A stretch of DNA of 12,579 bases. It comes from a virus (lineage: Duplodnaviria; Heunggongvirae; Uroviricota; Caudoviricetes). Within the stretch, counting starts at the first letter, position 1. Each line of letters starts with the position of its first letter. Position numbers and translations under genes: made by a program. Of this stretch, positions 1-7,785 are shown piece by piece. The stretch lies in IMG/VR virus record IMGVR_UViG_2703718805_000010, one strand, 5' to 3'. The notes under the pieces were generated by a model that was not told the DNA's origin, did not search any database, and was given only the letters and a program-made list of their open reading frames with translations.

Positions 1-273
1 CTCATCGTCCATTAGCAACCCCGCATGTGTCAGCGCATCCAGCGGCGCTTTCAGAATATTGTCCAGGTCACGGCGGCGCTTATCCGGTGGCTCGGCAATA
101 ATCTTTATCGCCAGCCTTCCGGACAGGCTTAATTTCAGCCGCTGCTGGCGAACAATAAGCGCCACTGCCCGGCGATAACGCTCCCCGGCTTTTGATACAA
201 AATATGTGCTGCCACGGCGTCGCCAGTAAGTGTTCACCGTCGGCGGGTAAGGTAAAACCAAATCTATGAGCAT
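1..273 (-). CDS. rusA: RusA-family Holliday junction resolvase; N-terminal 91 codons in window, 3' end runs off the window start
   Basis: ATG at 273..271 on the minus strand, open for 91 codons to position 1. Translation MLIDLVLPYPPTVNTYWRRRGSTYFVSKAGERYRR...PDKRRRDLDNILKAPLDALTHAGLLMDDE matches recalled E. coli RusA motifs (LPWPPS.N.YY...G and PDRRRRDLDN..KA.DALT.AG..DD). Track ORF 80..280 is another frame of the same DNA. Confidence 0.75.
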   Translation of the reverse strand, partial: MLIDLVLPYPPTVNTYWRRRGSTYFVSKAGERYRRAVALIVRQQRLKLSLSGRLAIKIIAEPPDKRRRDLDNILKAPLDALTHAGLLMDDE

Positions 274-285
274 CAGTCACCTCTT

Positions 286-1335
286 TTACCCAAGCACGCC
301 AGTTGCAAAGGCGTGATCAAGAAAACGAAAAATTAAATCAACCTGAGAACCATGCTTTTCTTCGAACGCCAGCGGATCCGCATGAAGCTCGTTGTGATGC
401 TCCCGACACAGCGGTAGCGTGAAAATATCGTGGGATTTTGTTCCCATTCCGCCCTGACCATGACCAATCAGATGATGAGGATCGTCCGCTGGCTTACCAC
501 AACACGCACACGGCTGTGTCTTTACCCAGCGTGTGTATTTCTCATTTACCCAGCGGCGACGTTTAGGTCGTTTCATGAAGGATTCCGGAGACTCCGGATC
601 AACGGCAATGCTGACCACCGTCTTTTCCTGTGGTGGGTTCTGTTGCTGGTGGGTGTGAGGCGGTAGCGCAATATTTTTTGTGCGCTGCTTCAGTATGCTG
701 GTGGCGGTCTGTTCTCCCGGTATGATGTCGCTTTCACGGTATACGGAGCGGATTTTTTCCGCCGGTAATCCCAGAGAACGACGCGCTACTGCCTCAGGTA
801 GTGCATCCACCACCTGATTGCAGGCCGCCCACCAGGATAATTCGGCCAGCGATAACTCCCTCTCCTGCGTGCCGCTTATTGCGTGACGGATGACGTCAAT
901 CATCCAGGCAACCAGATTCTGCTGAGCAAGTTGATCGAGTGATTCTGATGTCTGGTCGCGCAGCTGGTTGTCACAGTGCCAGCACAACACCATCGCGCCG
1001 GTACCGTAACGGTGAATGACTGTTTCGCTGTGATGATAATCGCCGTGTGGCCACTGGCAGGATTTAATATGGCGCAACAGCCAGTCAGACAATGCACCAG
1101 CACCACCAGCAGCACGAATCACCCGTGCGTTACTGAAAAACGGCAGCAATGTTTTGTCTTCCACTAGCGGCTGGCGAACGGCAGGAACAACCCCGGACGG
1201 CAGATTACGCATGCTTTTCGGTTCCGGCTCCACCAGTACCCGGGTATTGTGGAATACCGGCATGGATTCACGGCCCGGCTTAACGATCACCAGCCCGAGT
1301 TCCGGTACCAGAACAGGTCGAAGTAATACCCGCAC
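286..1335 (-). CDS. nin-region phage protein, probably DUF968/YdfU-like, with C-terminal Cys/His (HNH-like) metal-binding motif
   Basis: 349-codon ORF. GTG start at 1335 preceded by GGAGG (1340..1344, 4-nt spacer) and overlapping the upstream stop. C-terminus has CACCGKP...HH..GHG...H...C.EHHNELH spacing. Family name is from memory, not a search. Confidence 0.6.
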   Translation of the reverse strand: MRVLLRPVLVPELGLVIVKPGRESMPVFHNTRVLVEPEPKSMRNLPSGVVPAVRQPLVEDKTLLPFFSNARVIRAAGGAGALSDWLLRHIKSCQWPHGDYHHSETVIHRYGTGAMVLCWHCDNQLRDQTSESLDQLAQQNLVAWMIDVIRHAISGTQERELSLAELSWWAACNQVVDALPEAVARRSLGLPAEKIRSVYRESDIIPGEQTATSILKQRTKNIALPPHTHQQQNPPQEKTVVSIAVDPESPESFMKRPKRRRWVNEKYTRWVKTQPCACCGKPADDPHHLIGHGQGGMGTKSHDIFTLPLCREHHNELHADPLAFEEKHGSQVDLIFRFLDHAFATGVLG

Positions 1336-1336
1336 G

Positions 1337-1609
1337 TTACCTCCAGATGCGTTGCTGGAATGTGCGGGACGGACGCGGCGGGCGTTCGGAATAAAGGAGC
1401 CTGACGTAGATTATCCAGTGACGGTAGTCGAGGCTAAGGGCTTTCTTAAACTCATACCCACGTCTGCGGTAGTTATGAATCAGCCATTCGGCCTGTTCTT
1501 CAGTGCAGGGATCGTGCTGATACCAGTCATATTTGAATGTGTGAGAACACCGCCCTTGCCTGCTGGCAGGGGCGATATCAGAATTGTGATGTTTGGTATT
1601 GTGCGCCAT
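1337..1609 (-). CDS. hypothetical small nin-region protein (about 90 aa); start uncertain
   Basis: The track ORF runs to 1690, but that start is TTG and lies inside the terminator T-tract. First ATG is at 1609..1607 (MAHNTKHHNSDIAPASRQGRCSHTFKYDWYQHDPC...), with only a weak SD. Stop abuts the GTG start of the downstream gene. Confidence 0.4.
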   Translation of the reverse strand: MAHNTKHHNSDIAPASRQGRCSHTFKYDWYQHDPCTEEQAEWLIHNYRRRGYEFKKALSLDYRHWIIYVRLLYSERPPRPSRTFQQRIWR

Positions 1610-1678
1610 CGGTTGTCTCTGCTGGCGCAGCAGGTGCCAGTTGTTCAGGCTGGCGTGTGGATTGTAAACCAGAATGCC

Positions 1679-1707
1679 AGGAAAAAACAAAACCCGCGAA
1701 GCGGGTT
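1679..1707 (-). terminator. intrinsic terminator ending the restriction-modification transcript
   Basis: Minus-strand hairpin AACCCGC-ttc-GCGGGTT (1707..1691) followed by TTTGTTTTTTCC (1690..1679), about 70 nt downstream of the endonuclease stop at 1780. The + strand reading lacks a T-tract, so it looks unidirectional. Confidence 0.6.
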
Positions 1708-1779
1708 AGTAAAAATGTACTGAAGTCAATGACGTGCCATCACAGTTAAAATATGACAGACTCTATTTACGTAGAGATG

Positions 1780-2658
1780 TCAGACTGCAAGATCCAAGGG
1801 AAGATCAGAAATATCCTTTAATCTTTTACCATTAACCATCACGGAAAGCATGTCAGCTGCATCGCTGAGCCCCAGTATTTCAACTGCTGATATAAGTTCA
1901 TAAAGCGCAAAATGATACACGCAATCTATATCACCAGTACCAAGAGCAATAGACGCCAGACGACTTGGAGTAGGCTCAGCAGTAACAACCATTACATGAG
2001 GGAGATTTCCCTTACGGTTGCGAATAAGATTTAATGCCTCAGAACGAGCATTCTGGGCCCGGTCGCTTCTTATTGTCCATTTGCAGGAAATACTTGCGTG
2101 TAATATTGGTTTCCCACCATTCGAACTCCTGAGAGCTGACATGCGGGTAACAGAATCATCCACCAGTAATTCAGGACTGTTGATAACTTGATCACATTCA
2201 GGTTCTCTTTCAACAATAATATCTGGTGAAATCGTATAATCACTCCCCAGTGCAGCAGCTAGCTGAGGATTACTTTTTGCAGCACTATCCAATGCTATAA
2301 GATGGGCATATTGTTCATATTTAGCTATCTCTAATCTGTTTCTACCAGAAACCTGATGTACATTCCATTTTCCAGGGCGTAAGTGGCTGAGTTTAAAAAA
2401 GGTTTTTTCTATAAACTCTGCGCAGATACTCTCAAACTGATTACCAGATGTTTGCCCTGCAACACGTTCACCAATCGTTTCAGCCTGCAAGAAGCGAGCA
2501 ATTTCTCTTGCTATAGCTTTACTGTTTTTGTTACTGCTATCTGCGTTACTAACAACTCCGGCAGTATTAATTGTGAGCGTATTCAGTAACAATTGGGCAT
2601 GAAACTCCTTTCTGGCTTCAGCAAAACCAACTATGCTGTCAACCAAATCTCCATTCAT
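1780..2658 (-). CDS. type II restriction endonuclease, NgoMIV/Cfr10I-like (PD...K-X13-E active-site spacing)
   Basis: Start taken as ATG 2658..2656 with AAGGA SD 9 nt upstream, 13 nt after the methyltransferase stop; the track start at 2793 would overlap the methyltransferase by about 120 nt. Protein has SPDIIVE, then Lys 47 residues after the Asp (ISCKW), then Glu 14 residues after the Lys (ARSE). This matches the recalled NgoMIV catalytic residues D140/K187/E201. Gene sits directly downstream of a C5-MTase. Confidence 0.7.
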   Translation of the reverse strand: MNGDLVDSIVGFAEARKEFHAQLLLNTLTINTAGVVSNADSSNKNSKAIAREIARFLQAETIGERVAGQTSGNQFESICAEFIEKTFFKLSHLRPGKWNVHQVSGRNRLEIAKYEQYAHLIALDSAAKSNPQLAAALGSDYTISPDIIVEREPECDQVINSPELLVDDSVTRMSALRSSNGGKPILHASISCKWTIRSDRAQNARSEALNLIRNRKGNLPHVMVVTAEPTPSRLASIALGTGDIDCVYHFALYELISAVEILGLSDAADMLSVMVNGKRLKDISDLPLDLAV

Positions 2659-2671
2659 TTCTGGATTTCCT

Positions 2672-3796
2672 TCAGGCTGCTTGACTATTCTTACTGATGT
2701 TATTCTTATACCGTCCCTGCAAAACTCCATACACATATTGTGCGATTTTTGCCGCAAATAGCGGTGGAACAGCATTCCCGATCTGCTTTGCAATCTCAGT
2801 TTTTGAACCGGTAAAAATGAAATTATCAGGAAAAGACATTAATCTCGCTGCCTCACGATGAGTTATTGGCCGATCCTCTTCCGGATGTAAATATCGCCCT
2901 TTCTCCGGTTTGAAAAACTCAGTACGAATCGTTACTGAAGGTCTGTCCCACCACAGACGTCCAAACAAATCGGTCCCTCCAGATTTCTTTTTTAGCCAGC
3001 ACGCCGGGGTTATATCAGGTCTTTTTTTCTGTAAATCGAAACGGTTACCTCCTGGTGGAACCGCTTTATATCGCTCCAGAGAAACAGGTGTGGGATTACG
3101 CCCAAAATGTAAGTTCAGCGGAGGAAGTTCATTACGAATATCAGTTCCAACAGGAGCAGGTAAGTCACCAATTGCATCACGCGTACAGACCCATTCAGGC
3201 AAAGCGACATCCTTATCAGGGGAACGATGCGTTGGTGCTGGCGGGAACGCCGGAATACTATGCACATCGAAGAGTTCTCGTTTGATACCGATTGCTATCG
3301 TTCGTTTTCTTGTCTGAGGTACTCCATAGTCAGCAGTATTCAACACCATTGGATTAAGCAGAATAAAGCCCATGGATTTCGCTCTAAACGTAATGTCCGC
3401 AAACTCATCGCTTATCAGCAATCCGGGGACATTTTCCATGACGAACATACAAGCCCTTGAACGCTCAATGACATCCATATAAGGCTCCCACAATGCTCTT
3501 CGGTGATCACCATAACGATTCTTATTCAATAAACTGAATCCCTGACACGGGGGGCCACCTATGACCACATCAGCCTCAGGAACAGTATTGCTGGATGCCC
3601 ACTCCTCAATATTTGCCTGAACTCCATGCAAACCAAAATTGGCATTGTAGGTATTTATAGCTGCAGCATTATTATCAATAGCAAGGATACTTTCAAAGTA
3701 GTCAGACATCTCTCCATGAAGAAAACCATAAGATAATCCACCTGCCCCACAAAAGAGGTCTATCACTCTGAATTTATTTAATTCTTTCATCCGCAT
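2672..3796 (-). CDS. DNA (cytosine-5)-methyltransferase
   Basis: 374 aa with canonical C5-MTase motifs in order: motif I DLFCGAGGLSYGF, motif IV GGPPCQGFS, motif VI ENVPGL, motif VIII QTRKR, motif X GNAVPP. ATG at 3796 with GAGG SD 7 nt upstream. Confidence 0.9.
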   Translation of the reverse strand: MRMKELNKFRVIDLFCGAGGLSYGFLHGEMSDYFESILAIDNNAAAINTYNANFGLHGVQANIEEWASSNTVPEADVVIGGPPCQGFSLLNKNRYGDHRRALWEPYMDVIERSRACMFVMENVPGLLISDEFADITFRAKSMGFILLNPMVLNTADYGVPQTRKRTIAIGIKRELFDVHSIPAFPPAPTHRSPDKDVALPEWVCTRDAIGDLPAPVGTDIRNELPPLNLHFGRNPTPVSLERYKAVPPGGNRFDLQKKRPDITPACWLKKKSGGTDLFGRLWWDRPSVTIRTEFFKPEKGRYLHPEEDRPITHREAARLMSFPDNFIFTGSKTEIAKQIGNAVPPLFAAKIAQYVYGVLQGRYKNNISKNSQAA

Positions 3797-3974
3797 CCAT
3801 ATGCCTCAGATTAATGTTGAGCGTCTTACAGGACGCGTAATGTTAACTGGGGCTTTCTCTATCTGCCTTTTGGTGTTCATGCCTGAGGCAGACAGCCTCA
3901 GGCACCCGCAGCAATTCTACTTAACTCACGTCACCTCGCCAATATGAAATCAATCAGAAAGGTGATCCATAAAA

Positions 3975-4661
3975 TCACTCCTTCTCTTCTTTTCCGTAGT
4001 GGAGTTGGCCAATTTTGATAAGAGGGCGTCCCTGAGATTTGCGGTGTAGATTGGTATCGCGCAGAGAATACACACAGCCACAATATTCCTGCTGATAGAA
4101 TTTTTCGCGCTTGCTGATTTCAATCATACGGGACGAGCCGCCCTGCTTGCGCCAGTTATAATCCCAGTACACCATACCCGGATAATGCGCAACAGCTCGC
4201 CGCCCACACTCGTTAACCTGCTGCATATTTTTCCAGCGTGAAATGCCCAGTGAACTGCTGATCACACTGAAACCATTTTCAGCAGCGTACAACGCTGTCC
4301 GCTCAAAACGCATGTCAAAACACATGGTACAACGGATCCCCCTCTCAGGCTCCCATTCCATTCCTTTGGCACGTTCAAACCAGTTGTCGGTGTCGTAATC
4401 AGCATCGATAAACGGCACGCCGTGTTGTTCAGCAAAGCGAATATTTTCATCCTTACGAATTAAATACTCTTTCTGAGGATGAATGTTCGGGTTGTAGAAA
4501 AAGATGGTGTAGTCGATTCCCGAGGCCTGAAGCGCCTCCATCACTTCACCGGAACATGGAGCACAGCAAGAGTGCAGTAGTAGTTTGTTTGCCCCGTTTG
4601 GGAGCTCCAATTTAGGCCGTTTGAAATCAGCAATAGTCATAAATATTTTTATTGGGGTCAT
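3975..4661 (-). CDS. queH: QueH-family (DUF208) epoxyqueuosine reductase homologue
   Basis: 228-aa ORF with [28 protein letters not shown] and YCGCVYS blocks, which I recall as conserved blocks of B12-independent QueH. Start may be 4661 or the in-frame ATG at 4640; neither has a strong SD. Confidence 0.7.
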   Translation of the reverse strand: MTPIKIFMTIADFKRPKLELPNGANKLLLHSCCAPCSGEVMEALQASGIDYTIFFYNPNIHPQKEYLIRKDENIRFAEQHGVPFIDADYDTDNWFERAKGMEWEPERGIRCTMCFDMRFERTALYAAENGFSVISSSLGISRWKNMQQVNECGRRAVAHYPGMVYWDYNWRKQGGSSRMIEISKREKFYQQEYCGCVYSLRDTNLHRKSQGRPLIKIGQLHYGKEEKE

Positions 4662-4814
4662 GAAAATAGCACAGAGTGTAGCATCAGAGCAGGGCTATCG
4701 GGAATATATGTCTAAATCTGGTAATATCTGGTTTTGACGCAAAGCGGACAACCACGCTGGCTCTACCCTGCGCCATGAAAATGTCAATTCACATCTGAAC
4801 TAATGCTCTTTAAT

Positions 4815-5240
4815 CTAGTAACGTCTAAAATATCTAACATTTCCTTGATAAAATGCCAGTACACGCTGCATAGCTTCGCTCTTCCGGCACTCGCGACAGA
4901 TTATGTTCATACGCCTGTCGTAGCGGCGTATTTCTCCGTCGGGTAATGTCCAGATAAGGCCCGGATCAACCACTGCAGGTTTCTTCACCTTTGCCCTTGA
5001 GAGTTTTTTGCGAGCATTTTGCCAGTCCTTACGCGCCTGTTCAGACGGGAATAACCCGTAACCAGAGTTGTATACATCGCCACTGGCAACCAGCTCTCTG
5101 GCAAGAACGCTCATCAGATATCTTGTCGCACCTGTCTTGGCTTCCAGTTGCCGTAACGTCTCGCGCCCACTCCGGCGTACTAGCTCAACAACCTGCCCTT
5201 TAATTTTTTCCCGCTCTTCTTGTGTAAATACTTTTGCCAT
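4815..5240 (-). CDS. hypothetical phage early protein (141 aa), basic C-terminus with CxxC
   Basis: ATG at 5240 with GAAGG SD 6 nt upstream; the track start at 5255 is TTG. Translation MAKVFTQEEREKIKGQVVELVRRSGRETLRQLE...ICRECRKSE... No family recognised. Confidence 0.5.
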   Translation of the reverse strand: MAKVFTQEEREKIKGQVVELVRRSGRETLRQLEAKTGATRYLMSVLARELVASGDVYNSGYGLFPSEQARKDWQNARKKLSRAKVKKPAVVDPGLIWTLPDGEIRRYDRRMNIICRECRKSEAMQRVLAFYQGNVRYFRRY

Positions 5241-5255
5241 AAGCGCCTTCGGCAA

Positions 5256-6026
5256 TCACTTTTCCGATACAACACGGCGGGAAGAATCAGTAATCTGTCG
5301 AACAATATCCCGGTGCTTGTTCAGCTCCCGCAGCGCGGCGCAGATTCGCTCCCACTTCTGAACATCACTTTTCGCCCTGCGCAGCGCCAGGTTTGCCCTG
5401 CGCAGGGACGGAAAAATCAGCTCATCTGCTTGCGTTTCGGTAAACGATAGCAACGGCTGCACAATGTCCGCCACAGTTTCTGTTTTAATTTCTTCCTGTG
5501 TTGCGGCTTCCCGGACTGGTAACGCAGCACCTGCTGGCTGAGGAAAGGCCTTACCATCATTTTCCGTTACCAGCGCGGCTTTCGGCTCTGCTGGTAAATT
5601 ATCGCCCGGCATGCAGTAACGAAATTTACCGTTCTGATTAACGCGTGCCAGGCGCCCCGTTGCTGTTACGACCGCCAACGTGGAAGCAACCTTGCGAATG
5701 CTAACACCGAACTTATCCGCCAGTTCCTCACACGTTTTAGCCCCATCCTGACCGATAAACTCAATCATCATGTCTGCGGTAACTTTTTGTTCGACCTCCC
5801 CGGTCAGCATATCCTGTGCTTCAGATTTTACTGGCCGCTCTTCGGTTACCCGGGATTCACCTTCGCCAGCCAGAAACCAGGTGTGACCAGTTTTATCAAC
5901 GACGCCATTTCTTTTGAGTTCCCACAGCTCGTTGACAGCATCTTCGCGGCTGATTCCAAGGCGCGATGCCACTACCTGTGAAGAGGCTTTTTTCAGTGCT
6001 TTCAGTGCGTCAAATACGGTTTCCAT
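5256..6026 (-). CDS. hypothetical phage protein (256 aa) with two helix-turn-helix/winged-helix-like segments
   Basis: ATG at 6026 with GGAGG SD 8 nt upstream. Segments VVASRLGISREDAVNELWELKRNGVV and CEELADKFGVSIRKVASTLAVVTATGRLARV look like DNA-binding wHTH units. Sits immediately after the DnaC-like gene. No confident family assignment. Confidence 0.55.
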   Translation of the reverse strand: METVFDALKALKKASSQVVASRLGISREDAVNELWELKRNGVVDKTGHTWFLAGEGESRVTEERPVKSEAQDMLTGEVEQKVTADMMIEFIGQDGAKTCEELADKFGVSIRKVASTLAVVTATGRLARVNQNGKFRYCMPGDNLPAEPKAALVTENDGKAFPQPAGAALPVREAATQEEIKTETVADIVQPLLSFTETQADELIFPSLRRANLALRRAKSDVQKWERICAALRELNKHRDIVRQITDSSRRVVSEK

Positions 6027-6047
6027 TAAAATTTCCTCCGGACAAAA

Positions 6048-6794
6048 TTACTTCACAACCCTCATATTGCTGACATTTGGACGCCAGCTATCCCAGTTAA
6101 ACGTCACCCATCGACCACCGCTCATGGTCATCCGGTCCATAATCCTCTCACCAAGAAGCGTGCTCATTGCGGCATGATTCAGGTTTGTTAACATCCCGAC
6201 ACTGCACAGTGATGCTGTCCGGCGATCAATTATCTGGTGTAATACCACCTGCTCGTTTTTCGTCTCCCGCTGAACGCCTATTTCATCCAGGACCAGCAAA
6301 TCAACCCCGCAAAGCTCCTGTAAAAATTTTTCCCCGGATTTGCCGTTGTCGTAGCTGTCATGCAACACGCTCATGACGTCAGACACGGTGACGATAATCA
6401 CGCTTCTCCCCTTCACCATCAGCCGGTTGCCCATCGCCGCTGCAAGGTGATTTTTCCCGGTGCCGGTTTTACCGCTGAACACAAAATTCGTGCACCCGGT
6501 CATCAGTTCGTCAGCTATGGATTTGGCCTGGCTCAGCGCGTATTTTTGCCCGTCGTTCTGCACCTGATAATTTGCAAACGAGCATTTGCTGTGCAGAGGC
6601 TGGATGCCCGAACGATTCAGGATTTTTTCCACCCGCAACTGGCGATTCTGGCGGTTAATCTCCTCGCTGCGTTTTCGTCCTTCAGCAAGTTGCCATTCCC
6701 GCCACTCCTCCACCGTCCGGTACGGTGGAACCGACCCCTGTGGTGCAAGTCTGCGAATACGTTCAAGAACCCCAACTGCCGCAATGTTTTTCAT
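6048..6794 (-). CDS. DnaC-like helicase loader (AAA+ ATPase), phage replication protein
   Basis: 248 aa, collinear with recalled E. coli DnaC: Walker A FVFSGKTGTGKNHLAAAMGNRL, Walker B DLLVLDEIGVQ, GMLTNLN, GERIMDRM, WVTFNWDSWR. ATG at 6794 lies 6 nt after the O-like stop. Confidence 0.9.
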   Translation of the reverse strand: MKNIAAVGVLERIRRLAPQGSVPPYRTVEEWREWQLAEGRKRSEEINRQNRQLRVEKILNRSGIQPLHSKCSFANYQVQNDGQKYALSQAKSIADELMTGCTNFVFSGKTGTGKNHLAAAMGNRLMVKGRSVIIVTVSDVMSVLHDSYDNGKSGEKFLQELCGVDLLVLDEIGVQRETKNEQVVLHQIIDRRTASLCSVGMLTNLNHAAMSTLLGERIMDRMTMSGGRWVTFNWDSWRPNVSNMRVVK

Positions 6795-6800
6795 GACACG

Positions 6801-7763
6801 TCACCCCCTGAATCCCGGCGGTATTTCAGTGTCCGGTTCAGAAATGTGATTCACGCAACGCTGCGCAGGCGAACGCCCCAGGCGGATAACCAGTTCATCC
6901 CATTTTTCCCGGAGTTTTGCCGGACTCATGATGTTTTTTACCCAGAACGAATCCCGCTGGAGACGCCCAAACATTTCACAAATTTGTCTGTGAGTTCTGC
7001 CATCCAGCATCCGCATTGTGCGAACGTCATTGGCCCATGCTGTCCAGTTGGGTTCTTTCGGTCTAGTGATCTCGCCATCATAGCTGGCCGCCTGCTCGTA
7101 AAGACTCACGATTCGTCCCCAGATCCACTGTGCGCACACCAAATCTTCCTGACTTCCCCACTGGCGTTTTTTCGCACTGAACACAACCGCGTCAGGGTGT
7201 CGGGTTAAAAAATCCTGTTCAGCCGTCTGCGGGTCCGGTTGCGAAGCGTCCGGACAAGAAGATCTTTTATCTGACGGATCAGGTTTTAATACTGACGGAT
7301 CGGGGTCAATCATCGGCCCCCTAATCGGCAGTTTTTTATCAACAGTTGATCCATCAAAATTTGACGGGTCAACCGTTGAGGGGTCAATATTTGACGGGTC
7401 AACTGTTAACGGGTCATTTTTTGCCGGGCTAATTTTTCTTTTCGGTTTATATGACTCACGCGCCGCCGCCGCAGCTGCTTCGAGTTTTTCCACATTAAGC
7501 CGATAGATATTGCTTACATTACGCCCACCGACCTTACGCTCTTCCTTCGTCAGCCAGCCCTCTTTCGCCAGTTCTGCAATAGCCGATTTCACTGTGGATT
7601 CACTTCTTGCACCGATCTGACGCCGGATAGTTTCAATGGCAGGCCATGACACGCCCTCGTCATTGCTGTAGTCTGCAAGACGGGCCATAACCGCCACCCT
7701 GGATAAGATCATGCCGGTGAAGGCGCACCCTTCCCAGACAAGACCATGAAGCTTGCTGCTCAT
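6801..7763 (-). CDS. replication initiation protein (lambda O-like functional analogue) with internal repeat linker
   Basis: ATG at 7763 preceded by a GGGGG run; the track start at 7778 is GTG. N-terminal HTH-like domain (RVAVMARLADYSNDEGVSWPAIETIRRQIGARSESTVKSAIAELAKEGWL), then a repeat linker DPLTVDPSNIDPSTVDPSNFDGSTVD, then a C-terminal domain. Position upstream of the DnaC-like gene fits. Confidence 0.7.
   Translation of the reverse strand: MSSKLHGLVWEGCAFTGMILSRVAVMARLADYSNDEGVSWPAIETIRRQIGARSESTVKSAIAELAKEGWLTKEERKVGGRNVSNIYRLNVEKLEAAAAAARESYKPKRKISPAKNDPLTVDPSNIDPSTVDPSNFDGSTVDKKLPIRGPMIDPDPSVLKPDPSDKRSSCPDASQPDPQTAEQDFLTRHPDAVVFSAKKRQWGSQEDLVCAQWIWGRIVSLYEQAASYDGEITRPKEPNWTAWANDVRTMRMLDGRTHRQICEMFGRLQRDSFWVKNIMSPAKLREKWDELVIRLGRSPAQRCVNHISEPDTEIPPGFRG
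7271..7416. repeat. iteron-like direct repeats inside the O-like gene (candidate phage replication origin)
   Basis: TGACGGATC at 7272..7280 and 7293..7301; TGACGGGTCAAC at 7362..7373 and 7392..7403; GGGTCAAT at 7303..7310 and 7381..7388; GGGTCA at 7411..7416. The arms TTGAC/GTCAA are inverted repeats. The repeats encode the VDPS peptide repeats, as lambda ori iterons lie inside O. Confidence 0.55.
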
Positions 7764-7785
7764 AAAACCCCCGAACACCGTGCTT

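Noticed and set aside
80-280. Track ORF of 66 aa on the minus strand starting with GTG
   Set aside because: It is an alternative frame of the same DNA that, read from ATG 273, gives a clear RusA-like protein; the 66-aa product is Pro/Ala/Gly-rich and has no SD.
1154-1723. 189-aa + strand ORF
   Set aside because: Antisense to the minus-strand genes at 286..1690; Arg/Pro/Gly/Thr-rich low-complexity translation typical of a shadow ORF; no SD.
1780-2793. Long version of the endonuclease ORF (337 aa) starting at 2793
   Set aside because: It would overlap the last roughly 120 nt of the methyltransferase in another frame. The internal ATG at 2658 has a good SD and sits 13 nt after the methyltransferase stop, giving a 292-aa protein typical for this family.
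2910-3460. Three + strand ORFs (135, 76 and 77 aa) inside the methyltransferase gene
   Set aside because: Antisense to a methyltransferase with a full set of conserved motifs; no SD; shadow ORFs.
6360-7208. 282-aa + strand ORF
   Set aside because: Antisense to the DnaC-like and O-like genes, which have strong homology support; His/Pro/Arg-rich; no start context.
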